64,000 bases of DNA, taken from positions 124,001-188,000 of the forward strand of contig VJWM01000187.1 in the NCBI GenBank assembly GCA_010909165.1. The letters run 5' to 3'. Each line of letters starts with the position of its first letter. Position 1 is the first letter of the stretch. This DNA comes from Anthoceros angustus (lineage: Eukaryota; Plantae; Anthocerotophyta). The notes under the pieces were generated by a model, which was not told the DNA's origin, did no database searches, and saw nothing but the letters and a program-made list of their open reading frames with translations. Both the position numbers and the translations under genes were made by a program. Below are positions 55,001 through 64,000 of this stretch, in pieces.

Positions 55001-56139
55001 ACATCCTCTACCTCACTTGATGCAGCAGCTTTCCTCCTACCCCTCCTCCTCCTCCTCCTCTTCTCCTGCTCCACACCTCCCTCTCCCTCTCCACCTCCTG
55101 CCACCTCACTTTCACTCACTTCACTCCCCACTTCTCCCACTCCAACGTCCTCCACTTCATTAACTCCCGCCTTCTCCTCCTCCTCCTCCCCCCTGCCTTC
55201 TCCTCCTTTCACACCTCCCGAAATTTTACTCCTGCCTCTAGACCGACGTCTCGCCTTCTTCTCAGCGCCCCCCGTGCCATCCTCTTCCTCATCCGCTGCC
55301 CCTCCGACACTCAGAGCCACATCCTCCCTAACCTCAGCCACCTCACTAACTACCTCCACAACCGCCTCCGAAGCTCTGGACCTCCTCCCTGCCCGCTTCT
55401 TCCGCCCCGGCACCCCGCTCTCCGACTCCAAACCCTGAACAGTCATTCCAACCAATTCCCCCTCCCTTCCCCCCTCACCCTTACCATCTCCCACTACCTC
55501 CCCCGGCTCCGCTCCACCAGAACCACCCCCGTGCAACCTTCCTAGGGCCTGGAACACCCAGCTGGAAGACGAGGTTTTGGTGAGGTTTATCGAACCCCTC
55601 CCCAATCCTACTCCCTCCAATCCCTCCCTCTCCACACCAGCTCTGTACTCGCTGCGCAATCTCAATCCACCTAACTTCGTCACAAAATCAGAAGCCTCCG
55701 TCTCCACCCTCCTCTCCTCCTCCTCCTCCCTCCCCCGCTCCTCGACAGAATCCCTCGGTGAATCCGAACCTGCATTCACCGATTCCACCGCCTCCTCCTG
55801 CACCACCTTCCTCGCTCTCCTCCTCCTCGGCTTCACATCTCCCTTCTCCTTCTCCTGCTCCTCCCCCTGCACCACCACAGCCAAATCCTCCGCCTTTTTC
55901 CGCCCTCTCCTCCGCCTGGAGCTGGCAGGCACAGGCACAGCCACCTCCTCCATCTCCGCCGACACAGCCCGGCAACGGAGCCGCATTTCCGCCTGTTGCT
56001 GCCTCCTGCCGGACGCGGCTGCAGTACACGCACATTGCAATCTGCTCTCTGCGCCGCTCTGCTGCCGCTGCCGCAGCTGCAGCTGCAGCGCCGCGCCGGT
56101 GGCGAGCAGGAGCCCGGAGGCGAGCTGCAGAGCCTCCAT
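52066..56139 (-). CDS. RNE: Plastid ribonuclease E/G (1357 aa, intronless): transit peptide, charge-block IDR, CBM20-like domain, catalytic domain with an acidic S1 insertion
   Basis: VGNIYLG..FVDIG, VQVKKEAMGKKGPRLT, ALVSIDVNGG, LRLRDVGGIIVVDFIDM, ELTRKR, Zn-link CSCCRGAG. CBM20-like GQRLFLCGSVPELGSWDP..WE..YNY at ~54795-54487. Confidence 0.95.
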   Translation of the reverse strand: MEALQLASGLLLATGAALQLQLRQRQQSGAESRLQCACTAAASGRRQQQAEMRLRCRAVSAEMEEVAVPVPASSRRRRGRKKAEDLAVVVQGEEQEKEKGDVKPRRRRARKVVQEEAVESVNAGSDSPRDSVEERGREEEEERRVETEASDFVTKLGGLRLRSEYRAGVEREGLEGVGLGRGSINLTKTSSSSWVFQALGRLHGGGSGGAEPGEVVGDGKGEGGREGELVGMTVQGLESESGVPGRKKRAGRRSRASEAVVEVVSEVAEVREDVALSVGGAADEEEDGTGGAEKKARRRSRGRSKISGGVKGGEGRGEEEEEKAGVNEVEDVGVGEVGSEVSESEVAGGGEGEGGVEQEKRRRRRRGRRKAAASSEVEDVSPAVSDVRVEESSEVVEDEGDRVQAAGSGAVTDEKAADQAVRQEGSSSRKRERRKKKGQSKVMIAAKARCSVEWSVQAQLKVGQRLFLCGSVPELGSWDPSSAVQMVRVKGEGVWEAKRRIECGADVEYNYFVGSGDGTADIVWRPGGRFEFQVPGDQKSGAQVVTLQDVWALNTPENVSSLLWGKWWDEVGASGSSKATPVKDGVTGRSVLNEVLAKKPAVEKEGLVVELPDSAGKELELSSASKGPDLPAPLTRQIETNVLIIDDWLKKKIRRKVLPREEPWLLESELLAERQVFLRTLDEKKQAAKAAASDLEEGQEQRTEKEQETMVEILINAPESTMQRMAILEDGKLAELLLEPVNSKVQVGNIYLGCVKQLLPGMVGVFVDIGSPRMALLDITRNVQPYTFPALNSHKNEDHGADQDLEPPSDEDAIVSLSDQAVGDHEVVDIESEHAFGDDEGEEDVDISPGSQNGRPARDSEGEDVVGEGPHTPTMIAGGARPLTVNFGRKFSRWRNLEEGMKIIVQVKKEAMGKKGPRLTAYPTLAGRFWVVVPNGDCVGISQKISGPERSRLRGVAQNLQTGNFGLTVRTEAMGHTSEELEKDITRLCETWNDVMERAEAAATAAENGVEDAVPVLLHRAMGQTLTVVRDFFNDKVHRMVVDSPQCYQEVTSYLAEVAPHLLNRVELYSGKQPIFDAFNIESQIDKFSSERVQLSNGAYLVVQETEALVSIDVNGGIGMLNVSTSQKDAILEVNLAAARQIATELRLRDVGGIIVVDFIDMEDEKHEALVVEEMKRAIARDRSKVYISDISQFGVMELTRKRVRPSVTLTISDPCSCCRGAGRVEARETTLSKIERAIQRSLAEANPSSQLADLGAQKWPQVTLRVDTTMFDYLRSWKSKRITQLSSALKVWINLKVSMEFTRGQFQVVPVGNKSQRPSVDPSTIAKRIWTSKHRKYLGSRDLGAKKVVLTSKEAG

Positions 56140-56309
56140 GGCCGGCGCTTGGCATCAGCTTCCTCCCCGCCTCCCGCCTGCCATCAATGCCGCCATCTCC
56201 GACCTCCAGAGGTCGGATCACGCCCGGATCGAACTCGTACTCGGGTTAGATGCTGTTTATTATCCCATATTGCTCCCGCGCATTAGAGCCGCCCCAAACG
56301 AGTCCGCCA

Positions 56310-58823
56310 ATGTCCATATTCAGAGTGGGAATTGCGTCTCGCGGAGACGTCTCCTGCACAGTCCCGGCAGGCAGCCTTGCGTGCGCTAACCGGAGGTGGA
56401 GGGGGGCCTCGGCGGCGGCGCGCTGCACCGTGTCACGAAGGGGAGCTGGTGTAAACGCACTCGAGCTGAAATGGAGCGTGACGGCGGAGAGCGTGGGGAG
56501 GCTGTGCGAGGCGGGCCTTTTGAGCGAGGCCGTGGATGCTCTGGGAGTTCTGGTGGATGGAGGGCGCGGGGTTTCGAAGGCGGTGTTTTACGCTGTGTTG
56601 AAGAAATGTGTGGGGAAGAGGGATCTGGTTCTGGGTCGGAAGGTGCATGCGTTCGCGGTGAAGAAGGGGTATCAGTCGGACACGTTCCTGTGCAATCACA
56701 TTCTGCGGATGTATGCGTCTCATGGGAGGTTGCAGGACGCGATGGATGTGTTTGAGGTGGTGGAGGAGCCTGATGCGTTTATGTGGTCGTCTATAATCTC
56801 TGCCCATGTGAAGCATGGGCGGGACAGGGAGGCTGTGGAGCTGTATCATCGGATGAGGAGGTCGGGGGTGGAGCCGGATGGGCATGTGTTTGTGGCTGCC
56901 ATTCAGGCTTGTGCGAGGGGAGGGGATTTGAGGAGCGGGCAGGAGGTACATGCGGATGTATTGGCCAGTGGGAAGGAGCATGACTTGTTTGTGGGTAACT
57001 GCCTGGTGGACATGTATGCGAAGTGTGGGAGTTTGGAGGATGCGGAGAGGGTGTTTGGTGAGCTGGGGCATAAGGATGTGGTGACTTGGAATGCGTTGAT
57101 GGCGGGGTATTCGCAGCAGGGGATGGGGGAGAGGGCGTTGGTTCTGTATGGGGAGATGCAGGAGCATGGGGTGGCGGTGCCGGATTGTGTGACGTTTGTG
57201 TGCCTGTTGCAGGCTTGTGCGAGTGTGGGGAGCTCGGCTCTGGGGAAGGGGAGGCAGTTGCATGGGGAGATAAGGGAGTTGGGGCACGAAGGGGATGTGT
57301 TTGTGGGGAGCAGTTTGGTGAACATGTATGCCAAGTGTGGGAGTTTGGAGGATGCTCAGGGCGTGTTTGATGGGCTTGGTCGGAAGGATGTGGTGGTGTG
57401 GACGGCCATGATAGCGGGGTATTCGCAGCAGGGCATGGGGAAGGAGGCTCTGGTCCTGTACGGTGCCATGCAGGAGGAAGGGATTGCGGTGCCGAATTCT
57501 GTGACGTTTGTGTGCCTCCTGCAGGCGTGTGCGAGTGTCGGGGTCCCGGCTTTGGAGAAGGGAAGGCAGCTTCATGCGCAGATCAGAGGACGAGGGCATC
57601 AGGTTGATGTGTTTGTGGCTAGCAGTTTGGTGAACATGTATGTGAAATGTGGGAGCTTGGATAATGCCCGGAGAGTGTTTGATGGACTTGGGGAGAAGAA
57701 TGTGGTGACATGGACTGCCCTGATTGCAGGGTATGCCCAGCAGGGCATGGGCCAGGAAGCCCTCCGGCTGTACAGTGCCATGCGAGAGGAGGGTATCACT
57801 GTACCCAACTCCATGACGTACTTGTGCCTCCTGCAGGCATGTGCGAATGTGGCAGACCTGCATCTTGGAAGGCAGCTGCATGCCGAGATTGAAGAGCAAG
57901 GCCTTCTGGCTGATGTGTTCGTAGCCGGCAGCTTGATACACATGTATGGGAAGTCGGGGAGCATGGTTAATGCAAGGCAGGTGTTTGATGCGTTGCCCCA
58001 AAGAGGCATTGTGGCCTGGAATGCGCTCATCGGAGGCTGCACCTGCCAAGGAGAGAGTGAAGTGGTCTTTAGCTTGGTCCAGAAAATGAGAGAGCATGGT
58101 GTACAGCCAGACGGGATCACATTCCTCAGTGTACTCACAGTGTGCAGTCATGCTGGTCTGGTGGCCAAGGGGAGAGAGTACTTTGAGGCTATGAGCAAAG
58201 ACTACGGCATCGCCCCCACAGTGGAGCACTGCACATGCATGGTGGATCTCCTGGGTCGTGCAGGCCAACTCGAGGAGGCAATGGCTGTGGTGAGGACAAT
58301 GGCTGTACCACCCAATGCTGCAGTTTGGCACACTCTGTTGGGTGCTTGTAGGAAATGGGGCAATGTAGAGGTGGGTCGCCGTGCTTTTGATGAAGCATTG
58401 AAGCTAGACAAGAAGGATGCCGCAGCGTATGTATTGATGTCCAACGTGTATACCGGTGCCGAGATGTGGGAGCAGGCACGTGAGATGCAGGCCAGGAGGA
58501 TAGGACTCCGGGCATGGAAGCATCCAGGGCAGAGCTGGTGGACAGACATGGAGGGGCTCGTGCATAGCTTTTTGGTCAGAGATAAGACTGATCTCAAGAG
58601 ACAAGCCAGGCTGAAACAGGTGTTTTCCACGACCTTGAGCATACCACATCTCGAGTTTGACATATCCAATTGGAAACGGCGAGATAGCGGGTGCTATTCT
58701 CACTCTGCCACGGCGTATATATCCAGAATAGAGAAAAGAACCATCATCCTACAATTTGTAGGTGTTTGTCACGTTGCAACGGCTTATGCATCCAGGGTCG
58801 GAACACAAGCCGTTGCAGTGTGA
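56310..58823 (+). CDS. PLS-class PPR organellar RNA-editing factor with E1/E2, WW-type PG box and eroded DYW domain
   Basis: About 17 P/L/S motifs (VVTWNALMAGY, VTFVCLLQAC, LVNMYAKCGSL), CSHAGLV, CMVDLLGRAG, KHPGQSWWTD..VHSF. An alternative in-frame ATG is at 56250. Confidence 0.92.
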   Translation: MSIFRVGIASRGDVSCTVPAGSLACANRRWRGASAAARCTVSRRGAGVNALELKWSVTAESVGRLCEAGLLSEAVDALGVLVDGGRGVSKAVFYAVLKKCVGKRDLVLGRKVHAFAVKKGYQSDTFLCNHILRMYASHGRLQDAMDVFEVVEEPDAFMWSSIISAHVKHGRDREAVELYHRMRRSGVEPDGHVFVAAIQACARGGDLRSGQEVHADVLASGKEHDLFVGNCLVDMYAKCGSLEDAERVFGELGHKDVVTWNALMAGYSQQGMGERALVLYGEMQEHGVAVPDCVTFVCLLQACASVGSSALGKGRQLHGEIRELGHEGDVFVGSSLVNMYAKCGSLEDAQGVFDGLGRKDVVVWTAMIAGYSQQGMGKEALVLYGAMQEEGIAVPNSVTFVCLLQACASVGVPALEKGRQLHAQIRGRGHQVDVFVASSLVNMYVKCGSLDNARRVFDGLGEKNVVTWTALIAGYAQQGMGQEALRLYSAMREEGITVPNSMTYLCLLQACANVADLHLGRQLHAEIEEQGLLADVFVAGSLIHMYGKSGSMVNARQVFDALPQRGIVAWNALIGGCTCQGESEVVFSLVQKMREHGVQPDGITFLSVLTVCSHAGLVAKGREYFEAMSKDYGIAPTVEHCTCMVDLLGRAGQLEEAMAVVRTMAVPPNAAVWHTLLGACRKWGNVEVGRRAFDEALKLDKKDAAAYVLMSNVYTGAEMWEQAREMQARRIGLRAWKHPGQSWWTDMEGLVHSFLVRDKTDLKRQARLKQVFSTTLSIPHLEFDISNWKRRDSGCYSHSATAYISRIEKRTIILQFVGVCHVATAYASRVGTQAVAV

Positions 58824-59054
58824 CAATGTAAAACCTCAACATATGGACGCTTCTCAACCTGCCTTTGCAATCCTTGAAGAAGAGCCAAGAACATCTGCTG
58901 TTGCTGGGTGATTTGTAATGCCTTTCGATTTGCAATCCATAATCCATGAGCGGCCAGAACATCTGCCTTGCAGCCTCATCTGTACGTTTCTTAGTTACCC
59001 TTATTTAATCAATTAGATTAATCTTTAGCAATTGAAACCTCTGCTAAGCGTACC

Positions 59055-59572
59055 AGTAACACCCCTCACTCCTCACTGCGCAGCTAGTGAGGAAGCGAAA
59101 AGTGCTGGCTTCCCAGCGGTCTAGGACCTCGCCAATTCATTCCACAAGAGACTTGCACGATTCTCAGCGCTCTCAACCTCACAACACAGCAGTAGGCTCC
59201 AAGTAGCCCGCCATCCCCTGACGACTCGCAGGCCACCTCTTCGAGGTGCTGCTCTTTATTGCAAGAATACAACAATGGAATCTGGCTATCTACTCCTCTC
59301 TCAAAGAGTGAGTCCCACTTGTTCCTCAAAGCCCTTGCTCTAGCCCTTATATATCCCATAGCCTGACCTCAACTAGGCAGCTATTAAATTTAGGGATTCT
59401 TACAGACCACTGATCACTAAGAGTCCTCCTAGGCAGCTCTTCATTTGTGGCTGTAGCAATTCCTCTCTAATAAGAGATTGCATGAAGCATGCAACACATG
59501 CATCTTCTTAATAGGGCAGCTACTAACTTAGCTTTTTACCTTTTTCAACTTTGTTTCACCAGTGTCGTTACT
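59055..59572 (-). repeat. 3' LTR (518 bp) with termini AGTAAC...GTTACT
   Basis: Matches 63701-64000; polypurine tract GTGGGGGAGAG (minus strand, 59583-59573) abuts it. Confidence 0.85.
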
Positions 59573-62500
59573 CTCTCCCCCACGGGGAAGATGTCATTGT
59601 CCTCAATGACCTCCAGTGTAACGCGAGATCATCCATGATCCTTGTTGCACATCTTCAAGTGAAACCCGGATAGGATCTGCATAACCACGAAGCCTTACCA
59701 GATACTCGGTACATTACCACGGACGCGCACTTCTCTCTGCAGAATTCAACAATCTCCGCACCATGATTGTGTTGAACGGGATGACATAATCCTTCTGTTC
59801 ATATCTTCATTCTCTTCGAAATCACAAATGGTTTGACAAAGAGACATGAAACACATTATGAGAGAAGATCCATTCAGGGCATTTGTAGTTTGTAAGCCAC
59901 ATTTCCAATGCGCTTCAGAACTACGAAAGGTCCTCCATACTTAGGCCTTAACTTTGAGGTCAGCCCTTGTGGCAGTGGGAAATTCTTCAATTTCACCCAC
60001 ACCTTGTCTCCTACTTGAAACTCTGCCTCTTGCCTGTGCCTGTCAGCAAACTTCTTTTGCCTGTCCTGAGCCTTGGCCAATATCTTCTTAGCAACTTCAT
60101 GCCCGGCCCTTAAGCGCTCAATGAATTCACGTGGTTCTCTTCTGCATCTCAAACACGCTAGCATTCAACATGGAAACTACGTCCATTGCTTCGTTACATC
60201 ATCGAAAGGTGTGTAGCCTGTGGAGCTATATGCGGTATTATTATAACAAAATTACGCATCCTCAAGATGATTACTCGATCTCTGGTCCATCACATAGTGT
60301 CGTAAGTATTCTTCTTGGATTCATTCACCCTCTCTGTTGATCCATACATATCGGGGTGATGCTATGCTCATACATAATTGCACTCCTAAGCTCTTCATAA
60401 GTTGCCAAAACTCGCAGAACTGGGATCTCTGTCACTCACAATCTGCATAGGCAGTCCATGTAACATATATACATGCTTCTTGAACAACTGAGCAACTTCA
60501 GAAGCTTTCACTCGCTTCTTCGTAGGGATGAAGTGTGCTTGCTTGCTGAATCTATCAACCACTGTCATGATAGCTGTGTGTCCATTACTGGCTGGCAATG
60601 GCATAATGAAATCCATTGATATACTTTTCCAAGGCCCACTTGGAATAGGCAGGGGTTGCAACAAACCTCGCGGATTTGTCTGCTCCACCTTATCCTGCTG
60701 ACAGTCTACACAAGACTTAACATACTCAACAGTATGCTTGTACATTCCAGGCCAATAAAACAGCTTTCTCAACTTCTCATAAGTTGGGTCAATTCCTCTA
60801 TGACCTGCACTTGGCACATCATGACACTCTGCAAGCAACTTCCTTCTCAACACATGAGAATCGGGAATCACAATCTTGTTTTGCTTGAACATCAACAAGC
60901 CATTTCTAAGCTTAAACTTAGATCCGGTTGCTCCACTTCATTGATCCAATCTGTACTAATGGATCTCGCGGATAAGCTTCCTTGATCTGCGTGTGAGTGT
61001 CCTTGGCTCAATCACCATCTTGCCTAGCTTAGGCCTCTTGATAAGCGGTTATCAAACTTAAACTCGCTTGCGACTCAAAGCATCCGCCACGAGATTCTCC
61101 TTCCGGCTTGTACTTGATAGACACATCATACATTGCTAGGAAATCTTGCCATCTAGCCTGTCTTGCGCTTAGTCGCAGCTGATTTGTAAAGAAGCTCGTG
61201 CTTACATTGTCTGTGTACAGCACAAAAGATCTTCCTAGAAGATAATGTCTCCAAATCTTGAGACAATTGATGACAGCAGTCATCTCCTTTTCATAAGTGG
61301 GGTACTTCCTTTCATGTTCATGCAACTTCCTTGACTCGTAAGCCACCGGCCTACCTTCTTGCATGAGCACTCCGCCAATTGCAATATCTGACGCATCAGT
61401 ATATACTTCTATATCCTTCTTCGGATCATAGATTGCCAATACTGGGGTAGTGTTGAGTTTCAACTTCAGAAACTCGAATGCCCTCTGACATTCATCATCC
61501 CACTTCCAAGCCTTCGCCTTCTTCAAGAGATCAGTTAATGGGGCAGCAATCTTGGCAAACATCGGTACAAATCTTACACGCTAGCCAATCCCAAAACATA
61601 CGCACCTCGTGCACATTCGTTGGCGGCAGCCAACTCGTATAACCTTTACCTTATCGGGATCCATCCCGATACCATCCGAGACAATGAATCCTAGGAAGTC
61701 AATCTCTTCCTTAACAAAGTCACACTTTGTTATGGCTAAGAACAAAGAATTTGCTCTTAACCTTTCTAACACTTTCCTCAAGTGTTGGACATGCTCTTCA
61801 AGGTAGGCGTATATCATGATGTCATCCAAGTAGATCACAACACACTCATCCATCGGATCTCGAATATAGTATTCATGAGAGTCGAAGCGTGGTAGTGCAT
61901 TAGTGAGTCCAAATGGCATGACAAGGAACTCAAAAGATCCATACCTTGTTCTACAAGCAGTCTTGTATTCATGTCCTTCTGCGATGCGAATCTGGTAATA
62001 GCCTGCCATTAGATCCAACTTGGTGAAATACTTAGCACCTCTCAATCTGTCAAACAAGTCATCCATCCTTGGTAAAGGATAAGAATTCTTCACTGTTATC
62101 TGATTGAGTGCTCTGTAATCCAAGCATAACCTCAATCCTCCATTCTTCTTGCGGGTGAACAACACTGGCGCACCAAATGGGGACTTTGAGATTCTTGCAA
62201 TTCACCTATGTGTTGCAGCATTCCTTTAGCTTGTTTCACTCTACATAGCTCAGATGTACTAGCCCATGTCAAACCAAGCTTGCTTGCCTTGCTAGGAGAA
62301 GTGAAATTATGTGTTGCTGCTAAGTCAAGAAACATCCTCGCTTCTGCTCGATTTAGACATCCATGTATGTACATGAGCTCTCCACCCGCCCTCCGAATAG
62401 TGCTGTCCTCAGCACTCTAAGACTCACCACATGCAGCCTTCGCAACATGTGGCCGATCCCGTCATTTCGGATCCTTGGATCCGGCCACTTCCGTAATCCT

Positions 62501-63684
62501 GAGTCTTCGGGGCTGTGGATCTCCTTCTGCTACGTTGAGAGTCTCTGTCAAAGATTCGGGCATTCATTTGCATAATGTCCCGGCTCTCCACATGAGTAGC
62601 ATACTCCTTTTCAAGAACCCATACTGTTGTTCTCTGAGCTCTCAAGGCTCCTCGATTTCTTCCGCGGAAATTTCCTGTTGAATTGCCTCTTGCAATTCCA
62701 TTTCCGCCAGTGTCCTTAGCAGCTCCTTTGCTGGCACTACTAGAGCTTCCTCTAGTCCGGCATACCACCATTACCAAATGTTCTGGAGGAGTTGAATGTA
62801 CTAGAATGAAAAGTATCTGGAATGGCATCTGCTGTTGTAATGGCCTCTGCCAACGTAGTTGGACTACGCAACTCAATTTTGTTAGCAGCCCAATCCTTCA
62901 AACCAGCCATGAAGCGATGCGGTTTGTCATCTTCACTCATGGTAGTGCAAAGGCATGATGACTTCATCAAGGTACTTACATAATCTCGTGACAAGACTGC
63001 TTGATATTGTCAAGCTGCTGTCTACTTAGACGTGAAGCATTCGCAGGTTGGAACTGCTTCTTGAGGGCTTCTTTGAAGGATGCCCAGTCTGTGATGGTAT
63101 GTGCTCGGTTACCCTGGGCAACATTAGCACCATAACTCCGCCACCAGACCAATGCATAGCCCTTTAAGAAATTGGCAACAGTACCTAAGTAGTACTCCGG
63201 CTCAACACCAGATGAGGCGAGATAAGTGTCAATAGAATAGATCCAAGAATCAATGACTTGCAGACCTCTTTCTCCCTCATACTTATCTGGTAGGGCTAAC
63301 TTCATGCTCGATTTTGGAGCCACTTTAAAGATGCCTGCTGAATTCGCCGGAAAGATTTCTTGTTGATCTTCTGCATCTTCGCCTTGTTGAGCTGTAGGCT
63401 CTGGATTCTTCTTTGTCTTCTTCCTTGAAGTCATTACATCGTCCAAGACACCTGGAAGAACTTGATAAAGTACTTCCACCATCCGTTTCTTCCAGTCCTC
63501 TGACTTCTCTCCAGATGGGCCTGCTGTGCTCTCAGGTGGCGCTCTCACTTCCTCTTGTTCTGACGATGATGAATCTTCAGGCGGTTGAGGCGGATGATCG
63601 GCGGAGGCTGCGCTTCTTGACCTCTCCTTACGCTTCTCATTGACCATCTTGTGCACTCTCTAGTCACTCGGAGGAATGGACTAT

Positions 63685-63696
63685 GCTCTGATACCA
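63685..63696 (-). promoter_or_regulatory. Primer-binding site for tRNA-iMet
   Basis: TGGTATCAGAGC on the minus strand, 4 nt from the 5' LTR. Confidence 0.9.
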
Positions 63697-63700
63697 CTAA

Positions 63701-64000
63701 AGTAACACCCCTCACTGCGCTGCTCTTTATTGCAAGAATACAACAATGGAATCGCTATCTCGCCTAAGCGCTCTGATTCCATGACAAGCTCACTAGCTAG
63801 CTCTCCACGCTCTCTCTCAACACAAGGCTTACAGCGCACACTTGCTCGCTCTCTCAAAGAGTGAGTCCCACTTGTTCCTCAAAGCCCTTGCTCTAGCCCT
63901 TATATATCCCGCACTTGACCTCAACTAGGCTATTAAATCTAGGGATTCTTATAGACCCGATCACTAAGAGTCCTCTCTAGGCAGCTCTTCATTTGTGGCT
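63701..64000 (-). repeat. 5' LTR (partial, truncated by the window)
   Basis: AGTAACACCCCTCACTGCG and TGCTCTTTATTGCAAGAATACAACAATGGAATC..GGCAGCTCTTCATTTGTGGCT are shared with 59055-59452. Confidence 0.88.

Larger units (their letters stand above)
59055..64000 (-). mobile_element. Decayed Ty3/Gypsy chromovirus-type LTR retrotransposon (Galadriel-like); runs off the window edge
   Basis: gag 63656-62976; protease-like 62374-62132; RT with YLDD 62165-61581; RNase H (TDASD, WRHYLLG, RQARWQDFL) 61562-61029; integrase GH.G..C..C 60898-60395; GPF and a chromo-like remnant; PBS, PPT and LTRs present; many frameshifts. Confidence 0.93.

Noticed and set aside
56433-58331. 632-aa antisense ORF over the PPR gene, and similar ORFs opposite RNE and FBPase
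   Set aside because: Shadow frames of GC-rich or repetitive coding sequence with no domain content.

Overview
Gene-dense nuclear DNA from a land plant with short (~70-200 nt) GT-AG introns. It is most likely a bryophyte, probably a hornwort; this is inferred from a PLS-class PPR with a 'PGQSWWTD' (WW-type) box and from CRE-like retroelement relics. Intact genes are tRNA-Arg(CCG), an intronless ARK-like kinesin with an IQ motif, plastid FBPase, RAD50, an intronless TE-domain-like ORF, cytosolic phosphoglucomutase, Snu114/EFTUD2, a plant PAXX-like NHEJ gene, a class-3 lipase, an intronless multi-pass membrane protein, an intronless plastid RNase E (charge-block IDR plus CBM20), and a PPR editing factor with an eroded DYW domain. 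Mobile DNA comprises two CRE-like non-LTR relics, a non-autonomous hAT-like element with a 1.35-kb internal duplication, and a decayed Ty3/Gypsy chromovirus whose LTRs end in AGT...ACT instead of TG...CA. The main hidden structure is at 27.5-56 kb, which looks like three collinear copies of one ancestral block, each keeping a different gene intact. A patch of sense and antisense micro-copies of a PGM exon lies just 3' of PGM. All calls are from manual reading; no database searches were run.
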